From Candidatus Methylomirabilia bacterium (GTDB taxonomy: Bacteria > Methylomirabilota > Methylomirabilia > Rokubacteriales > CSP1-6), in the NCBI GenBank assembly GCA_041496385.1, contig JBGQEL010000041.1, forward strand, positions 1 through 33,896: DNA of 33,896 nt, given 5' to 3'. Below the pieces are notes generated by a model. The model did no database searches. It had not been told where the DNA came from and saw only the letters and a program-made list of their open reading frames with translations. The translations under genes were made by a program, and so were the position numbers. This document shows, one piece after another, positions 1-8,749 of this stretch. Positions within the stretch are counted from its first letter, which is position 1. Each line of letters begins with the position of its first letter.

Positions 1-2
1 CG

Positions 3-161
3 TTCCGCCTGCCCGGCTGCCCCGTGCACCTGTCCGCCTCCGAGGCGCCGACGGCAGCCCCGCCGCTCGCGGGGCAGCACACCGCGGAAGTGCTGGCCGA
101 GGTCCTGGGCTTCTCGACGGACGAGATCGCGCGGCTCCGAGCGCAGGGCGTGCTGGGCTGA
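3..161 (+). CDS. CoA-transferase family III (CaiB/BaiF), C-terminal fragment; 5' end lies outside the window
   Basis: Manual translation from position 3: FRLPGCPVHLSASEAPTAAPPLAGQHTAEVLAEVLGFSTDEIARLRAQGVLG*. This matches the typical family III C-terminus (PP.LG[EQ]HT..VL..LG....I..LR..GV). Confidence 0.8.
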   Translation, partial: FRLPGCPVHLSASEAPTAAPPLAGQHTAEVLAEVLGFSTDEIARLRAQGVLG

Positions 162-172
162 GCCGTCACGTC

Positions 173-964
173 GTGAAGACGGACCTGCTCCTGATCCCGA
201 TGAGCGCCCGCTGGGCCGACATGCGTGCCGCCGCGGTCGCCGCGGAAGAGGCGGGCTTCGACGGGCTCTGGACCTGGGATCACCTGCGCGATCCCGACGG
301 CGGCGCTGGTCCAGGGGTGCCCGAGGCCTGGACGGTGCTATCGGCGCTGGCCGAGGTCACGCGACGGGTTGCGCTCGGGCCGCTCGTCCTCAACGTGGCC
401 AATCGCGCGCCGGGACTGCTCGCCAACATGGCGGCGACGCTCCAGGCCGTCTCGGGCGGGCGCCTGCTCCTCGGGCTCGGCGCCGGCGGCAATCGCCGCA
501 CGCCGTACGCCGCCGAGCAGGCGGTGCTGGGGCAGGCGGTCGAGCGCGACGAGGTGCGCGCCGGGCGCGTCGTCGAGGCCATCGAGACGATCCGGCGGCT
601 CTGGTCGGGCGCGTCGGGATTCCTCCGGCCCGAGCCGCCGCCGCCGATCATCGTGGGCGGCTTCGGCCCCCGCATGGCCGCGCTCGCCGGACGCCACGCG
701 GACGGGTTCAACACGCAGGCGATGCATCCGCAGCTCGGCGAGCTCGTCCGGCGCGCGCGCGAGGAGCACGCGGCGTCCGGGCGTGACGCGTCCGGCTTCG
801 TCGTGACGGTTTTCGCAGGGCTGAACGCGGGCTGGCTGCGCGCGGACTCGCGGCCGCGACAGTCGCTCGAGCGCCACGCCGTCGACCGGCTGATCCTGCT
901 CGTCTCGCCGCCGTTCGACGCCGACGAGATCCGGCAGGCGGGACGGCTCCTCGGCGCGGCGTAG
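173..964 (+). CDS. LLM-class (luciferase-like) flavin-dependent oxidoreductase
   Basis: Motifs AEEAGFDGLWTWDH, EAWTVLSALAEVT, VSGGRLLLGLGAG and PPIIVGGFGP..AGRHADG. Confidence 0.9.
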   Translation: MKTDLLLIPMSARWADMRAAAVAAEEAGFDGLWTWDHLRDPDGGAGPGVPEAWTVLSALAEVTRRVALGPLVLNVANRAPGLLANMAATLQAVSGGRLLLGLGAGGNRRTPYAAEQAVLGQAVERDEVRAGRVVEAIETIRRLWSGASGFLRPEPPPPIIVGGFGPRMAALAGRHADGFNTQAMHPQLGELVRRAREEHAASGRDASGFVVTVFAGLNAGWLRADSRPRQSLERHAVDRLILLVSPPFDADEIRQAGRLLGAA

Positions 965-986
965 ACCCTAAACACAGGAGGATCGC

Positions 987-1613
987 ATGAGCGCTCACGC
1001 GCTGTTCCTGGTACGGATGGACGTGGCCCACGACCACGAGGTCACCTTCAACGAGATCTACGACCGCGAGCACGTGCCCAATCTCCGGGCCGTGCCCGGG
1101 GTGCGGCGCGCCGGCCGCTACCGGCAGCCCTCGCCGACCGACCCGCGCTACCTCGCCGCCTACGAGCTGGACGGGCCGGGCGTCGTCGAGAGCGCGGCGT
1201 GGAAGGCGGCCGGCGAGGCCGGACGCTGGCCGACGTCGGTGCGCCCGCACACGATGAATCGCCACCTGACCGTGTACGAGTGGGTGGGCGGGAGCGCGGC
1301 GCTCACCGGGAAAACTCCGTACGTGTTCTGGGTCATGATGGACGTGGAGCCCCACCGCGAGGCGCTCTTCAACGAGCTCTACGACGGAGAGCACCTGCCG
1401 CTGCTGCTGAAGCTGCCCGGGTCGGTGAACGCCGTGCGCTACCGCACGAGCGCCGCCGGCGAGCCGCGCTACCTCTGCGCCTACGAGGTCGAGCGCACCG
1501 ACCTGCCGATGTCGAAGCTGTGGAACGACACCTCGGACATCGGGCGCTGGAAGCCGGAGGTGCGGCCGTACACCTCCAACAAGCGCTTCATCGTCAGCGA
1601 GCGGATCCTCTGA
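987..1613 (+). CDS. Tandem two-domain EthD/DUF4286-like dimeric alpha-beta barrel protein
   Basis: Two internal copies of MDV....E..FNE.YD.EH.P.L...PG.....RYR......PRYL.AYE...W......GRW...VRP.T.N. SD AGGAGG upstream of the ATG. Confidence 0.75.
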   Translation: MSAHALFLVRMDVAHDHEVTFNEIYDREHVPNLRAVPGVRRAGRYRQPSPTDPRYLAAYELDGPGVVESAAWKAAGEAGRWPTSVRPHTMNRHLTVYEWVGGSAALTGKTPYVFWVMMDVEPHREALFNELYDGEHLPLLLKLPGSVNAVRYRTSAAGEPRYLCAYEVERTDLPMSKLWNDTSDIGRWKPEVRPYTSNKRFIVSERIL

Positions 1614-1640
1614 AAGGAGCCTCCCGGCTGGTCCGACGTC

Positions 1641-3809
1641 TCAGTCGTCGTCCCAGTGGTCGTGGTGGTCCTTGTCGTGCCCGTCGTGCTCGTCACGCTC
1701 GTGGTGCCTCGGACAGAGCTCCGGCGCCGTGGTCACGTCGCTCGCGGTCGCCGGCGGGACGCCTTTGTCCAGACCGTTCGCGATCAACCGGTCGAACTCG
1801 CTGCCCGCGTCCTCGCACAGCATCAGGCGATCCTCGACCATCTCACGGATCGCGTGGACGATCTTGTGGCGGTAGTGCTGGAACGTCGGATAGCGCTCCT
1901 CGACCGACCGGCGGGGATCGCCGGCGGCCAGGCGATCGGCCTTGGTCTTGGGGAACGGGATCATCTGGCCGGAGCCCTCGCAGCCGTCGTTGGCCTGCGG
2001 GCCCGCCCGCAGCGCCCAGCCCGTATACGTGGCGAGCGGCACCGTCACGTCGACCAGTCGCACGCCCGCGATGTCGTTGCCGTCGCGGTCCGTCGTCGGC
2101 ACGTAGCTCGGATAGATCGGTCCGTTGTGCGGATTGTTCTGATAGGGCGGTGTGATCAGCGGCGGGTTGATCGTCGCGATGCCGGTCTCGTAGTAGTGCG
2201 GCCCGTAGTCGAGCAGGTAGCGGGTCGTCTGGAGACCGGTGTACGTCACGCCCGGGATGTTGGGGAAGCCCACGCGCGACTGAGGCAGCGGCGGCACCAT
2301 CGTGCCGTGCCGGAGCGTCGGCACCCGGCTGTCCGGCGGCTCACGGTGGTGGGTCGCCCACGCGTCCAGCGCGATGAACAGCGCGCGCTGCACGGGCGCC
2401 GAGTTCAGCGGATTCAGGAACTGCTGGCAATTGCCCTTCGAGGCGCCGTTGCCCGTGCCGTGCTGATGGCTCGAGATGAAGTAGTTGCGCGTGAACGGCG
2501 AATCGGGGAGATCGTGGGTGCCCTGTGGGTTGGTGTGCAGAAGCGAGGCGGGCTTCACCCAGTACTCGTTGGCCGAGTAGATCTCCACGCCTTTCGGGCA
2601 CGTGCCGGTCTTTTCGCACCGCGCGTACCGGCTGTCCGTCTTGCCGGTGATCGGATCGTGGGTCATCACGTTGGCGAAGGGGAAGACGCCCTCGACGTAG
2701 AGATGATCCTGGCGGTTGCGCTCGGTCCGTCCCGGCTGAGAGAACCGGTAGTTCATGTTGATGCCGTCGCCGGCGGCGATCCACTGCATGTGGCCGTCGA
2801 ACACCTTCTTGCCGTTCTCGGCCTGATTGAAGCCGAGGTGCCGGAAGTCGTTGAGCAAGCGTCCGGGCTGCGACGAGATCTCGGTGTAGATCCGCTTGAC
2901 GTGCCCATTCAGCGGATTGGGCGTGCCCGCGTCGTCCTTCGCCTCGTACTTGAGCCACGCGTTCCAGTCCCGCACGGCCGCGAAGCCCAGCCCGTTCACG
3001 GACGGGTCCTTGGCCGTGTAGGAGAACTCGTAGATGTCGTTGTTGACGAAGTTGCCGCTCGCCAGGCTGATCGCCGTGCCGCTCGCGTTGTAGTTCCAGC
3101 CAGTGGCGGGAATGACGTCCGGCACGTCGTTCAGGTGAACGCGATGGGTCAGCGTCGCCTTCGTCTTGTCGAGCGTGGCCGCCGGGTAGCTCAGCGTGAA
3201 CGAGGCCCCCGACGTCACGATGTACTCGTACGCGGGGCCCGTGATCGACGAGCCGTCGGGGTTCTTGGCGATCGGGAGCGTGATGGTGATGTTGAAGTTC
3301 GCCGTGCTGGTGCCGGCGGACTTGTCCCACCCGCTCCAGACCATCGTGTAGCCGCGCGGCATCAGGAACGCGTTCGCCAGCACGGCCGGGTCGGTGACCG
3401 AGCCGGGGTCGTTGCCGCCTGGAAAGCGGCCCAGGGAGGCCCAGGTCTTGCCGCCGCGATTCGGGGGCTCGTACATGACCCGATCGGCGCCCTTGCTCAG
3501 GTCGATCGGCTTGAGGATGTAGAAGTCGAACGAGTACTCGACGTTGCCGCGCGCGTTCCGCGGCGCGAGCTGGATGTCGACGATCAGCGCGTTCTTCGGG
3601 TCGAGAGGATCCACCTCGCCGAACGCCTTGCCGACGAGCTTCTCGTACTGGCCGACGTCCGGCCACGCATGGCCGCCGAAGGTCGGCGATTCCAGGGTGG
3701 TGACCTGGACCTTGGTGATGCGCGCCTCGGCGGCGGGCGCGGCGAGCAGCGCCCCGGCCACGCCCAGCGCGATCACGATCACGAGCTGCGGGAGCTTCCT
3801 CCGTGGCAT
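1641..3809 (-). CDS. Secreted alpha/beta-hydrolase-domain protein (Abhydrolase_10-like) with a His/Asp-rich tail
   Basis: Signal peptide ending AAPAAEA; family-typical segments GQYEKLVG.AFGEVDP, PPNRGGK, GYTMVWSGW, GLGFAAVRD, SSQPGR, DGNDIAGVR, PRRSVEERY. SD GAGGAGG. Confidence 0.75.
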   Translation of the reverse strand: MPRRKLPQLVIVIALGVAGALLAAPAAEARITKVQVTTLESPTFGGHAWPDVGQYEKLVGKAFGEVDPLDPKNALIVDIQLAPRNARGNVEYSFDFYILKPIDLSKGADRVMYEPPNRGGKTWASLGRFPGGNDPGSVTDPAVLANAFLMPRGYTMVWSGWDKSAGTSTANFNITITLPIAKNPDGSSITGPAYEYIVTSGASFTLSYPAATLDKTKATLTHRVHLNDVPDVIPATGWNYNASGTAISLASGNFVNNDIYEFSYTAKDPSVNGLGFAAVRDWNAWLKYEAKDDAGTPNPLNGHVKRIYTEISSQPGRLLNDFRHLGFNQAENGKKVFDGHMQWIAAGDGINMNYRFSQPGRTERNRQDHLYVEGVFPFANVMTHDPITGKTDSRYARCEKTGTCPKGVEIYSANEYWVKPASLLHTNPQGTHDLPDSPFTRNYFISSHQHGTGNGASKGNCQQFLNPLNSAPVQRALFIALDAWATHHREPPDSRVPTLRHGTMVPPLPQSRVGFPNIPGVTYTGLQTTRYLLDYGPHYYETGIATINPPLITPPYQNNPHNGPIYPSYVPTTDRDGNDIAGVRLVDVTVPLATYTGWALRAGPQANDGCEGSGQMIPFPKTKADRLAAGDPRRSVEERYPTFQHYRHKIVHAIREMVEDRLMLCEDAGSEFDRLIANGLDKGVPPATASDVTTAPELCPRHHERDEHDGHDKDHHDHWDDD

Positions 3810-3909
3810 GCACTTCCTCCTCTCGCCGAGAGCGAGACAGTAGCGCCCTGGCGTGAACGACGCCGACTCGACGGAGGTGAGACTGCGCCGAAGGCGGCTC
3901 TTAAGGCAA

Positions 3910-3938
3910 TTGAATATTTCTGATAGCAGTCATATAGT
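3910..3938 (+). promoter_or_regulatory. Sigma70-like promoter for lysR (TTGAAT-N17-TATAGT, 6 nt before the ATG) overlapping T-N11-A LysR-type boxes
   Basis: TTGAAT at 3910-3915, TATAGT at 3933-3938, ATG at 3945. T-N11-A at 3911-3923 and 3924-3936 in a strongly AT-rich patch. Confidence 0.6.
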
Positions 3939-3944
3939 CCCGCT

Positions 3945-4904
3945 ATGAATTTCACGCTCAGGGAGCTGGAGGCGTTCCTGGGCGTGGCGCGCCTCGGAAA
4001 CTTCACGCGCGCGGCGCGTTCGCTGAACATGTCGCAGCCCGCGCTCACCGTCCGGATCCGACACCTGGAAGAGGCGCTCGGGGTGCGCCTGCTCGACCGC
4101 ACGACGCGCTCGGTCGCGCTGACGCGGGTGGGGCGGGAGCTGCTGCCCGTCGTCGAGCGCGTGCTCGGCGAGATCGACGCCGTCGCCGCGAACGCCCGGG
4201 AGCTCGCCGGGAAGCGGCGGGGGCTGGTCACGGTCGCCGCGCTGCCCTCGATCGCCTCGACGCTGCTCCCCGTGACGATCGCCGCCTTCAAGACCCGGCA
4301 CCCCGGCGTCACGGTCAGGCTGCGCGACGCCGTGGCGCAGCGGGTTATCACGCTCGTGAAGTCCGGGGAGGCGGATTTCGGCATCGGCAGTCCGACCAAG
4401 CGCGACCCCGAGCTGCGGATCTCGCACCTCATGGACGACCCGGTCAGCGTGGCGCTTCCGCCCGGGCACCCGCTGGAGCGGCGCGAGCGGGTCCGCCTGG
4501 AGGATCTGCTCGCGAGCCCGCTGATCCTGATGGACCGCGAGTACAGCGTGCGCGCGCTCATCGAGCGGGCGTTCGAGTCCATCGGCCGGTCGGTGGTGCC
4601 GGCTTACGAGGCCAGCTACGTGCCGACCGCGCTCGGTCTCGTCAAGGCCGGCCTCGGGGTCGCCGTCGTCGCGCTGTCGGCCGCGGGCGAGGCCGCCGAG
4701 CTGGTCGGCCTGCAGGCGCGTCCCATCGATCACCCCATGCTGGTCCGGCGCATCAGCCTCATCGAGCGCGCGGGCCGCTCGCTCTCTCCCGCCGCGCAGC
4801 AGTTCGCCGGCGCCGTGAGCGAGACGTGCCGGCGGACGGCCAGGGGTCCGTTCGACTACGTGAGCCCGACGGTCTCGCGGAAGCGGCGCAGCGTCGCGAT
4901 GTGA
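3945..4904 (+). CDS. LysR-family transcriptional regulator
   Basis: N-terminal HTH (LRELEAF..VA..GNFTRAARSLNMSQPALTVRIRHLEEALGVRLLDRTTRSVALT) plus a LysR substrate-binding domain; divergent from the hydrolase gene. Confidence 0.95.
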   Translation: MNFTLRELEAFLGVARLGNFTRAARSLNMSQPALTVRIRHLEEALGVRLLDRTTRSVALTRVGRELLPVVERVLGEIDAVAANARELAGKRRGLVTVAALPSIASTLLPVTIAAFKTRHPGVTVRLRDAVAQRVITLVKSGEADFGIGSPTKRDPELRISHLMDDPVSVALPPGHPLERRERVRLEDLLASPLILMDREYSVRALIERAFESIGRSVVPAYEASYVPTALGLVKAGLGVAVVALSAAGEAAELVGLQARPIDHPMLVRRISLIERAGRSLSPAAQQFAGAVSETCRRTARGPFDYVSPTVSRKRRSVAM

Positions 4905-5728
4905 TCGGCCGGCTTCGCCAGTCCCATGCCCGCGGTGTGGACGCAGAGGTGCGTGATGCCGCGCATGGCGCGCCACGCCTCCAGCTCCTTGCCCCAGTCC
5001 GCCGGCGGGATCTGCGGCAGCGCCATGCGGCCCTCGATGCCGAACGCCTTCGGGTCGCGGCCGGCGTCGCGGATCATGCCGTGGAGCCGGTCGACGGCAG
5101 CCTGCGCCGGCGCACCGGGCCGGAAATGGGGCATCCAGCCGTCGGCGACGCGGGCCATCCGCCGCTGCACGACCTCGCTCTCGCCGCCCATCCAGACCGG
5201 GATGGGGCGCTGCACGGGCAGGGGGTTGAGGCCGGCGTCGGAGACGCGATGGTGCTTGCCTGCGAACGTCACCAGTTCCCGAGTCCACAGCGCGCGCATC
5301 AGCTCGATCTGCTCTTCGATGCGGGCGCCGCGCGTCTTGAAGTCCTCGCCGAGCGCCTCGAACTCGACCGGATTCCAGCCGACGGCGACGCCGAGCCGGA
5401 GCCGCCCGCCCGAGAGCACGTCCACCGCCGCGGCCTGCTTGGCGACCAGCACGGTCTGGCGCTGCGGCAGGATGACGATGCCCGTCACCAGCTCGACCCG
5501 GCGCGTGGCGGCGGCCAGAAAGCCGAAGAGCACGAACGGCTCGTGGAAGGCGTGACGATGCGTGTAGGGGCCCTTCCAGCCGCCCGGGCGATCGGGGTTG
5601 GCGCCCAGCACGTGGTCGAAGACCAGGACGTGCGTGAACCCCATGTCCTCGACCGCCTCCGCGTAGGCCTTGATGGCGGCGGGGTCGTTACCGATCTCGG
5701 TCTGCGGCAGCACGACGCCGATCTTCAT
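4856..5728 (-). CDS. LLM-class, probable F420-dependent oxidoreductase (Rv2161c-like)
   Basis: MKIGVVLPQTEIG, GFTHVLVFDHV, HEPFVLFGFLAA, ILPQRQTVLVAKQAA..DVLSGGRLRLGVAVGWN..EF, IPVWMGG. SD GAGGAG. Confidence 0.9.
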   Translation of the reverse strand: MKIGVVLPQTEIGNDPAAIKAYAEAVEDMGFTHVLVFDHVLGANPDRPGGWKGPYTHRHAFHEPFVLFGFLAAATRRVELVTGIVILPQRQTVLVAKQAAAVDVLSGGRLRLGVAVGWNPVEFEALGEDFKTRGARIEEQIELMRALWTRELVTFAGKHHRVSDAGLNPLPVQRPIPVWMGGESEVVQRRMARVADGWMPHFRPGAPAQAAVDRLHGMIRDAGRDPKAFGIEGRMALPQIPPADWGKELEAWRAMRGITHLCVHTAGMGLAKPADHIATLRRFRETVGLT

Positions 5729-5749
5729 GGGACTCTCCTCGTGTAAGGG

Positions 5750-6643
5750 TCAGCGGCTCCCCGGCACGGTGCCGGCCGGCAGCGACTCGACGTGGGCGCA
5801 GATGTCGCGTGGGCGCGTCAGCCAGACGCGCTCGCGGTACTCGAGAATGTGCTGCAGCGCCCGGCGCAGCCGCCGGATGCGATACGGCCGCCCGAACACG
5901 AACGGGTGCAGGGAGATCGGGCACACGAGCGGCTGGCGCGCCGACTGGGCGAGCATCTCGTCGAACTGGTCGACGATCATGTCGGCGAACTCCGCCGCAG
6001 TGTAGTGGTACCAGATGATCCCGCGCGTGTCGTTCACCTCGATCGGATACGGCATCGAGAGAATGCGGCCCCTGCGCGTGCGGATCCAGACGGGCTGATC
6101 GTCCATCGTCCAGTCCATCACGTACCGGTAGCCCGCCTCCTGCAGGAGGTCCATCGTCACGCCGCTGTTCGAGAGCCAGGGACTCATCCAGCCGACCGGC
6201 GGCGTCCCCTCGTGCCGCGCGATCGTGGCCGTGACGTCCTGGATGAGCACGCGCTCCCTGTCCTCGCCCAGGTGCCCCTGCTCCTCGGAGTTGGTCACGC
6301 CGTGGCCGAGGATCTCGTCGCCCCGCGCGCGCAGCCGTCCGGGGATGTCTGGCGCCATCTCGTAGACCGCGGTGTTCATCTGGGCCTCGGCCGGGATCCC
6401 GAGCTCGTCGAGCAGCTCGAACAGGCGCCAGATGCCGACCCGGTTGCCGTAGTCCCGCCAGCTGTAGACGCTGTGGCTCTGCGCCTGGTCGGGCGGCGCG
6501 ATGGCCGCGCCCTTGCCCATGCCGAAGCCGAAGGCCTCGATGTTGAGCGCCAGGTAGACGGCCAGCCGGCGGCCGCCCGGCCAGGCATAGTCGGGTCGTG
6601 TCGTGATGTTCGAGTAGTCGTAGCGCCCGTGCGTCGGCAGCAT
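5750..6643 (-). CDS. Polysaccharide deacetylase family (CE4, PuuE/allantoinase-like) protein
   Basis: WPGGRRLAV, SWRDYGNRVGIWR, EILGHG, GWMSPW, DWTMDDQP, ISLHPF. Start moved to ATG 6643 (MLPTHGRY), which has GGAGG upstream. Confidence 0.88.
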   Translation of the reverse strand: MLPTHGRYDYSNITTRPDYAWPGGRRLAVYLALNIEAFGFGMGKGAAIAPPDQAQSHSVYSWRDYGNRVGIWRLFELLDELGIPAEAQMNTAVYEMAPDIPGRLRARGDEILGHGVTNSEEQGHLGEDRERVLIQDVTATIARHEGTPPVGWMSPWLSNSGVTMDLLQEAGYRYVMDWTMDDQPVWIRTRRGRILSMPYPIEVNDTRGIIWYHYTAAEFADMIVDQFDEMLAQSARQPLVCPISLHPFVFGRPYRIRRLRRALQHILEYRERVWLTRPRDICAHVESLPAGTVPGSR

Positions 6644-6667
6644 GTCGCGTTCGTCCTCCCGGCCAGC

Positions 6668-6674
6668 TATCATA
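6668..6674. promoter_or_regulatory. Overlapping back-to-back -10 elements (TATCAT on +, TATGAT on -) in a 38-bp divergent gap
   Basis: Sequence TATCATA lies between the deacetylase start (6643, -) and the RidA start (6682, +). Confidence 0.5.
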
Positions 6675-6681
6675 CGTGCTC

Positions 6682-7083
6682 ATGAAGCGCCAGAACATCC
6701 AGCCGGAGTCGCTCAGCAAGCGGGTGGTTGGTGGGCACGTCCTCTACTCGCACGTGGTGGTCGTCGAGGGCCGGAAGACCATCTTCGTCTCCGGCCAGCT
6801 CGCGCGAAGCCCGAGCGGCGACGTAATCGGTCGCGGCGACATGCGCGCCCAGATCCGTCAGGTGGGCGAGAACGTCAAGGCGGCGCTGACGGCCGCGGGC
6901 GCCACGCTCGCGGACATCGTCAAGACCAACACGTACGTCACCGATATCGAGGAGTTCTTCAAGCACGTCGACGTCCGCATGGAGTACTTCGGCGCGCTGC
7001 CGACCAGCACCACGGTGGAGGTGCGCCGGCTCGCCCACCCCGACCTCCTCGTCGAGGTGGAGGTGATCGCAGTCGTCGACTGA
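6682..7083 (+). CDS. RidA/YjgF/UK114 family protein
   Basis: YSHVV, IFVSGQ, AQIRQV.ENVKAALTAAGATL.DIVK, VRMEYFG..PTST.VEV..LAHPDLLVEVEVIA. Confidence 0.93.
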   Translation: MKRQNIQPESLSKRVVGGHVLYSHVVVVEGRKTIFVSGQLARSPSGDVIGRGDMRAQIRQVGENVKAALTAAGATLADIVKTNTYVTDIEEFFKHVDVRMEYFGALPTSTTVEVRRLAHPDLLVEVEVIAVVD

Positions 7084-7084
7084 C

Positions 7085-8131
7085 TCACCTGAAGGCGGGG
7101 ATCACCTCGCGCGCGAGGATCTCGAGGCTGCGCGTCTCCAGCTCCGGCGGGATGAGGCCGCCGGGATTCAGCTCGGCCACGATACCGTCGAGCCCCAGCT
7201 CGTCGCGCAGCCGGGTCAGCCGCTCGATCACGCCTGCGGCGGTGCCGAAGGCCACTTTCCGCGCGAGGATGTCCTCGTAGGAGAGGCGCGCCATGCGCTC
7301 GGCCTGCATCTGCCGCCGGTCGGCGGGGCCGGCCCCGGCGCGCCCGACCGCCGCGCGCGCCAGCTCGGTCTGTCGCGCGAAGAACGACGCGAGGCTCGCG
7401 CGGGGCTCCTCCACCGCGCCCTGCTCCGTCGTCGACGCGTAGACCGGGATACGGAGATAGACGCTCGGATTGCCCGGATGGCCGGCCTCGCGCCAGGCCT
7501 GCCGGTAGGGCGCCAACTGCGCCTGCAGATCGGGAATCTCCGTGGTGCGGAGCCCGACGAAGATCGGCAGCCCGAGCCGGCCGGCCGCGGGAAACGTTTC
7601 GTCGCTGGTCGTCGCCATGCGGATCGGCGGGTGCGGGACCTGATATGGCCGGGGCACGACCGTCGCGTCGCGGACCCGATAGAACTCCCCGTCGTAGCTG
7701 AACGGCTCCCCCCGCCAGGCCTGCCGGATGATCTCCAGCGCCTCGCGAAAGCGCGCCTGGCTCTCGGCGTACGCCACGCCGTAGACGTCGTAGGTCCGGA
7801 CGACGCCGCTGCGGCCGATCCCGAACTCGAAGCGCCCCTCGCTGATGTGATCGACCGTCGCGACTTCCTCGGCGATGCGGAGAGGATGGTTCAGGGGAAG
7901 GACCTGGACGGCGGTTCCCACCCGAAGACGCCGAGTGCGGGTGGCGATCGAGCTCGCCACCTGAAGCGAGGCGGAGATCACCGAGCGCACCGGGGTGAAG
8001 TGGATCTCGCCGAGCCACACGCAGTCGATGCCCCAGGCTTCGGCGCGGTCGGCCAGCTCGAAGATGTCCCGGAAGGCCGAGACCTGGCTCGCCCCCTGAC
8101 GCATCTCCTCGACGAACACTCCGAAGTGCAC
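7085..8131 (-). CDS. LLM-class flavin-dependent oxidoreductase (luciferase alpha-like)
   Basis: AEAWGIDCVWLGEIHF, RLRVGTAV..LPL.HPLRIAEEVATVDHISEGRFEFGIGRSG, PYQ.PHPPI. GTG start at 8131 chosen from an upstream GGGAGG; TACAAT -10 at 8159-8164 (-). Confidence 0.9.
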   Translation of the reverse strand: MHFGVFVEEMRQGASQVSAFRDIFELADRAEAWGIDCVWLGEIHFTPVRSVISASLQVASSIATRTRRLRVGTAVQVLPLNHPLRIAEEVATVDHISEGRFEFGIGRSGVVRTYDVYGVAYAESQARFREALEIIRQAWRGEPFSYDGEFYRVRDATVVPRPYQVPHPPIRMATTSDETFPAAGRLGLPIFVGLRTTEIPDLQAQLAPYRQAWREAGHPGNPSVYLRIPVYASTTEQGAVEEPRASLASFFARQTELARAAVGRAGAGPADRRQMQAERMARLSYEDILARKVAFGTAAGVIERLTRLRDELGLDGIVAELNPGGLIPPELETRSLEILAREVIPAFR

Positions 8132-8223
8132 GGCCGTGCCCCTCCCGTCGGCCCGAGCATTGTAGATCATCAACCTGGTCTACACTGTCCGGGAGCCCCG
8201 ACACCCCGAACGAGGAGGCGACG

Positions 8224-8742
8224 ATGGCGAGGATCGAGCCGCTGGGCATCCACGAGGTCGATGACGAGATCCGGCACTTCTGCGAGGAGGCCGAGCGCCA
8301 GTCCGGGACCTCGGCGAGCACGCGCACGTACGCGCGGAATCCCGGCGTGCTCAAGGCGCTCACGGCGTTCCGCGCCACGCTCGCCCGCGAGGGCACCATC
8401 GACCCCGCGCTTCGCGAGCTGGTGCGCCTGAAGATCGCCGCCCTCAACGGGTGCCGCTTCTGACTCACCGTGCGCTATGCCGGGGCCCGGCATGCGGGAG
8501 CGACCGAGGCGAAGATCGCGGCCATCGACGACGAGACCTCCACCTTGCTGACCCCGCGCGAGCGGGCCGCCCTCCGGTTCGCCGAGAAGCTCGCGGTCGA
8601 CCACCACAAGGTCGACGACGCGCTCTGGTCCGAGATGCGCAGCCACTTCTCGGAGGCCGAGATCATCGAGCTGGTCGCCCACACGACGCTCTACATCGGC
8701 TACGGACGATTCAACGAGATCGTGGGGCTGGAGCCCGCGTAG
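8224..8742 (+). CDS. AhpD/carboxymuconolactone decarboxylase (CMD) family protein, probable selenoprotein (CxxU), 172 aa with UGA recoding at 8461-8463
   Basis: ORFs 8224..8463 and 8470..8742 share a frame and are separated only by TGA. The joined sequence LRELVRLKIAALNGCRF(U)LTVRY...ERAALRFAEKL...HFSEAEIIEL is one continuous CMD domain; a hairpin follows the TGA. Confidence 0.85.
8464..8500 (+). promoter_or_regulatory. Putative bacterial SECIS element
   Basis: Stem ATGCCGG (8477-8483) / CCGGCAT (8487-8493) with loop GGC, whose first G is 21 nt after the UGA. It can extend with CGC/GCG past a bulged U and with CTC/GAG. Confidence 0.7.
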
Positions 8743-8749
8743 CGCATCC

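Noticed and set aside
4856..4904. 49-bp convergent overlap between lysR and the LLM gene
   Set aside because: The LysR tail is low-information and probably reflects stop-codon drift; such overlaps are common in GC-rich genomes.
8224..8742. Two separate small genes or a nonsense pseudogene
   Set aside because: The stop is TGA at the conserved Cys position, in frame, with a downstream hairpin; Sec recoding explains this better.
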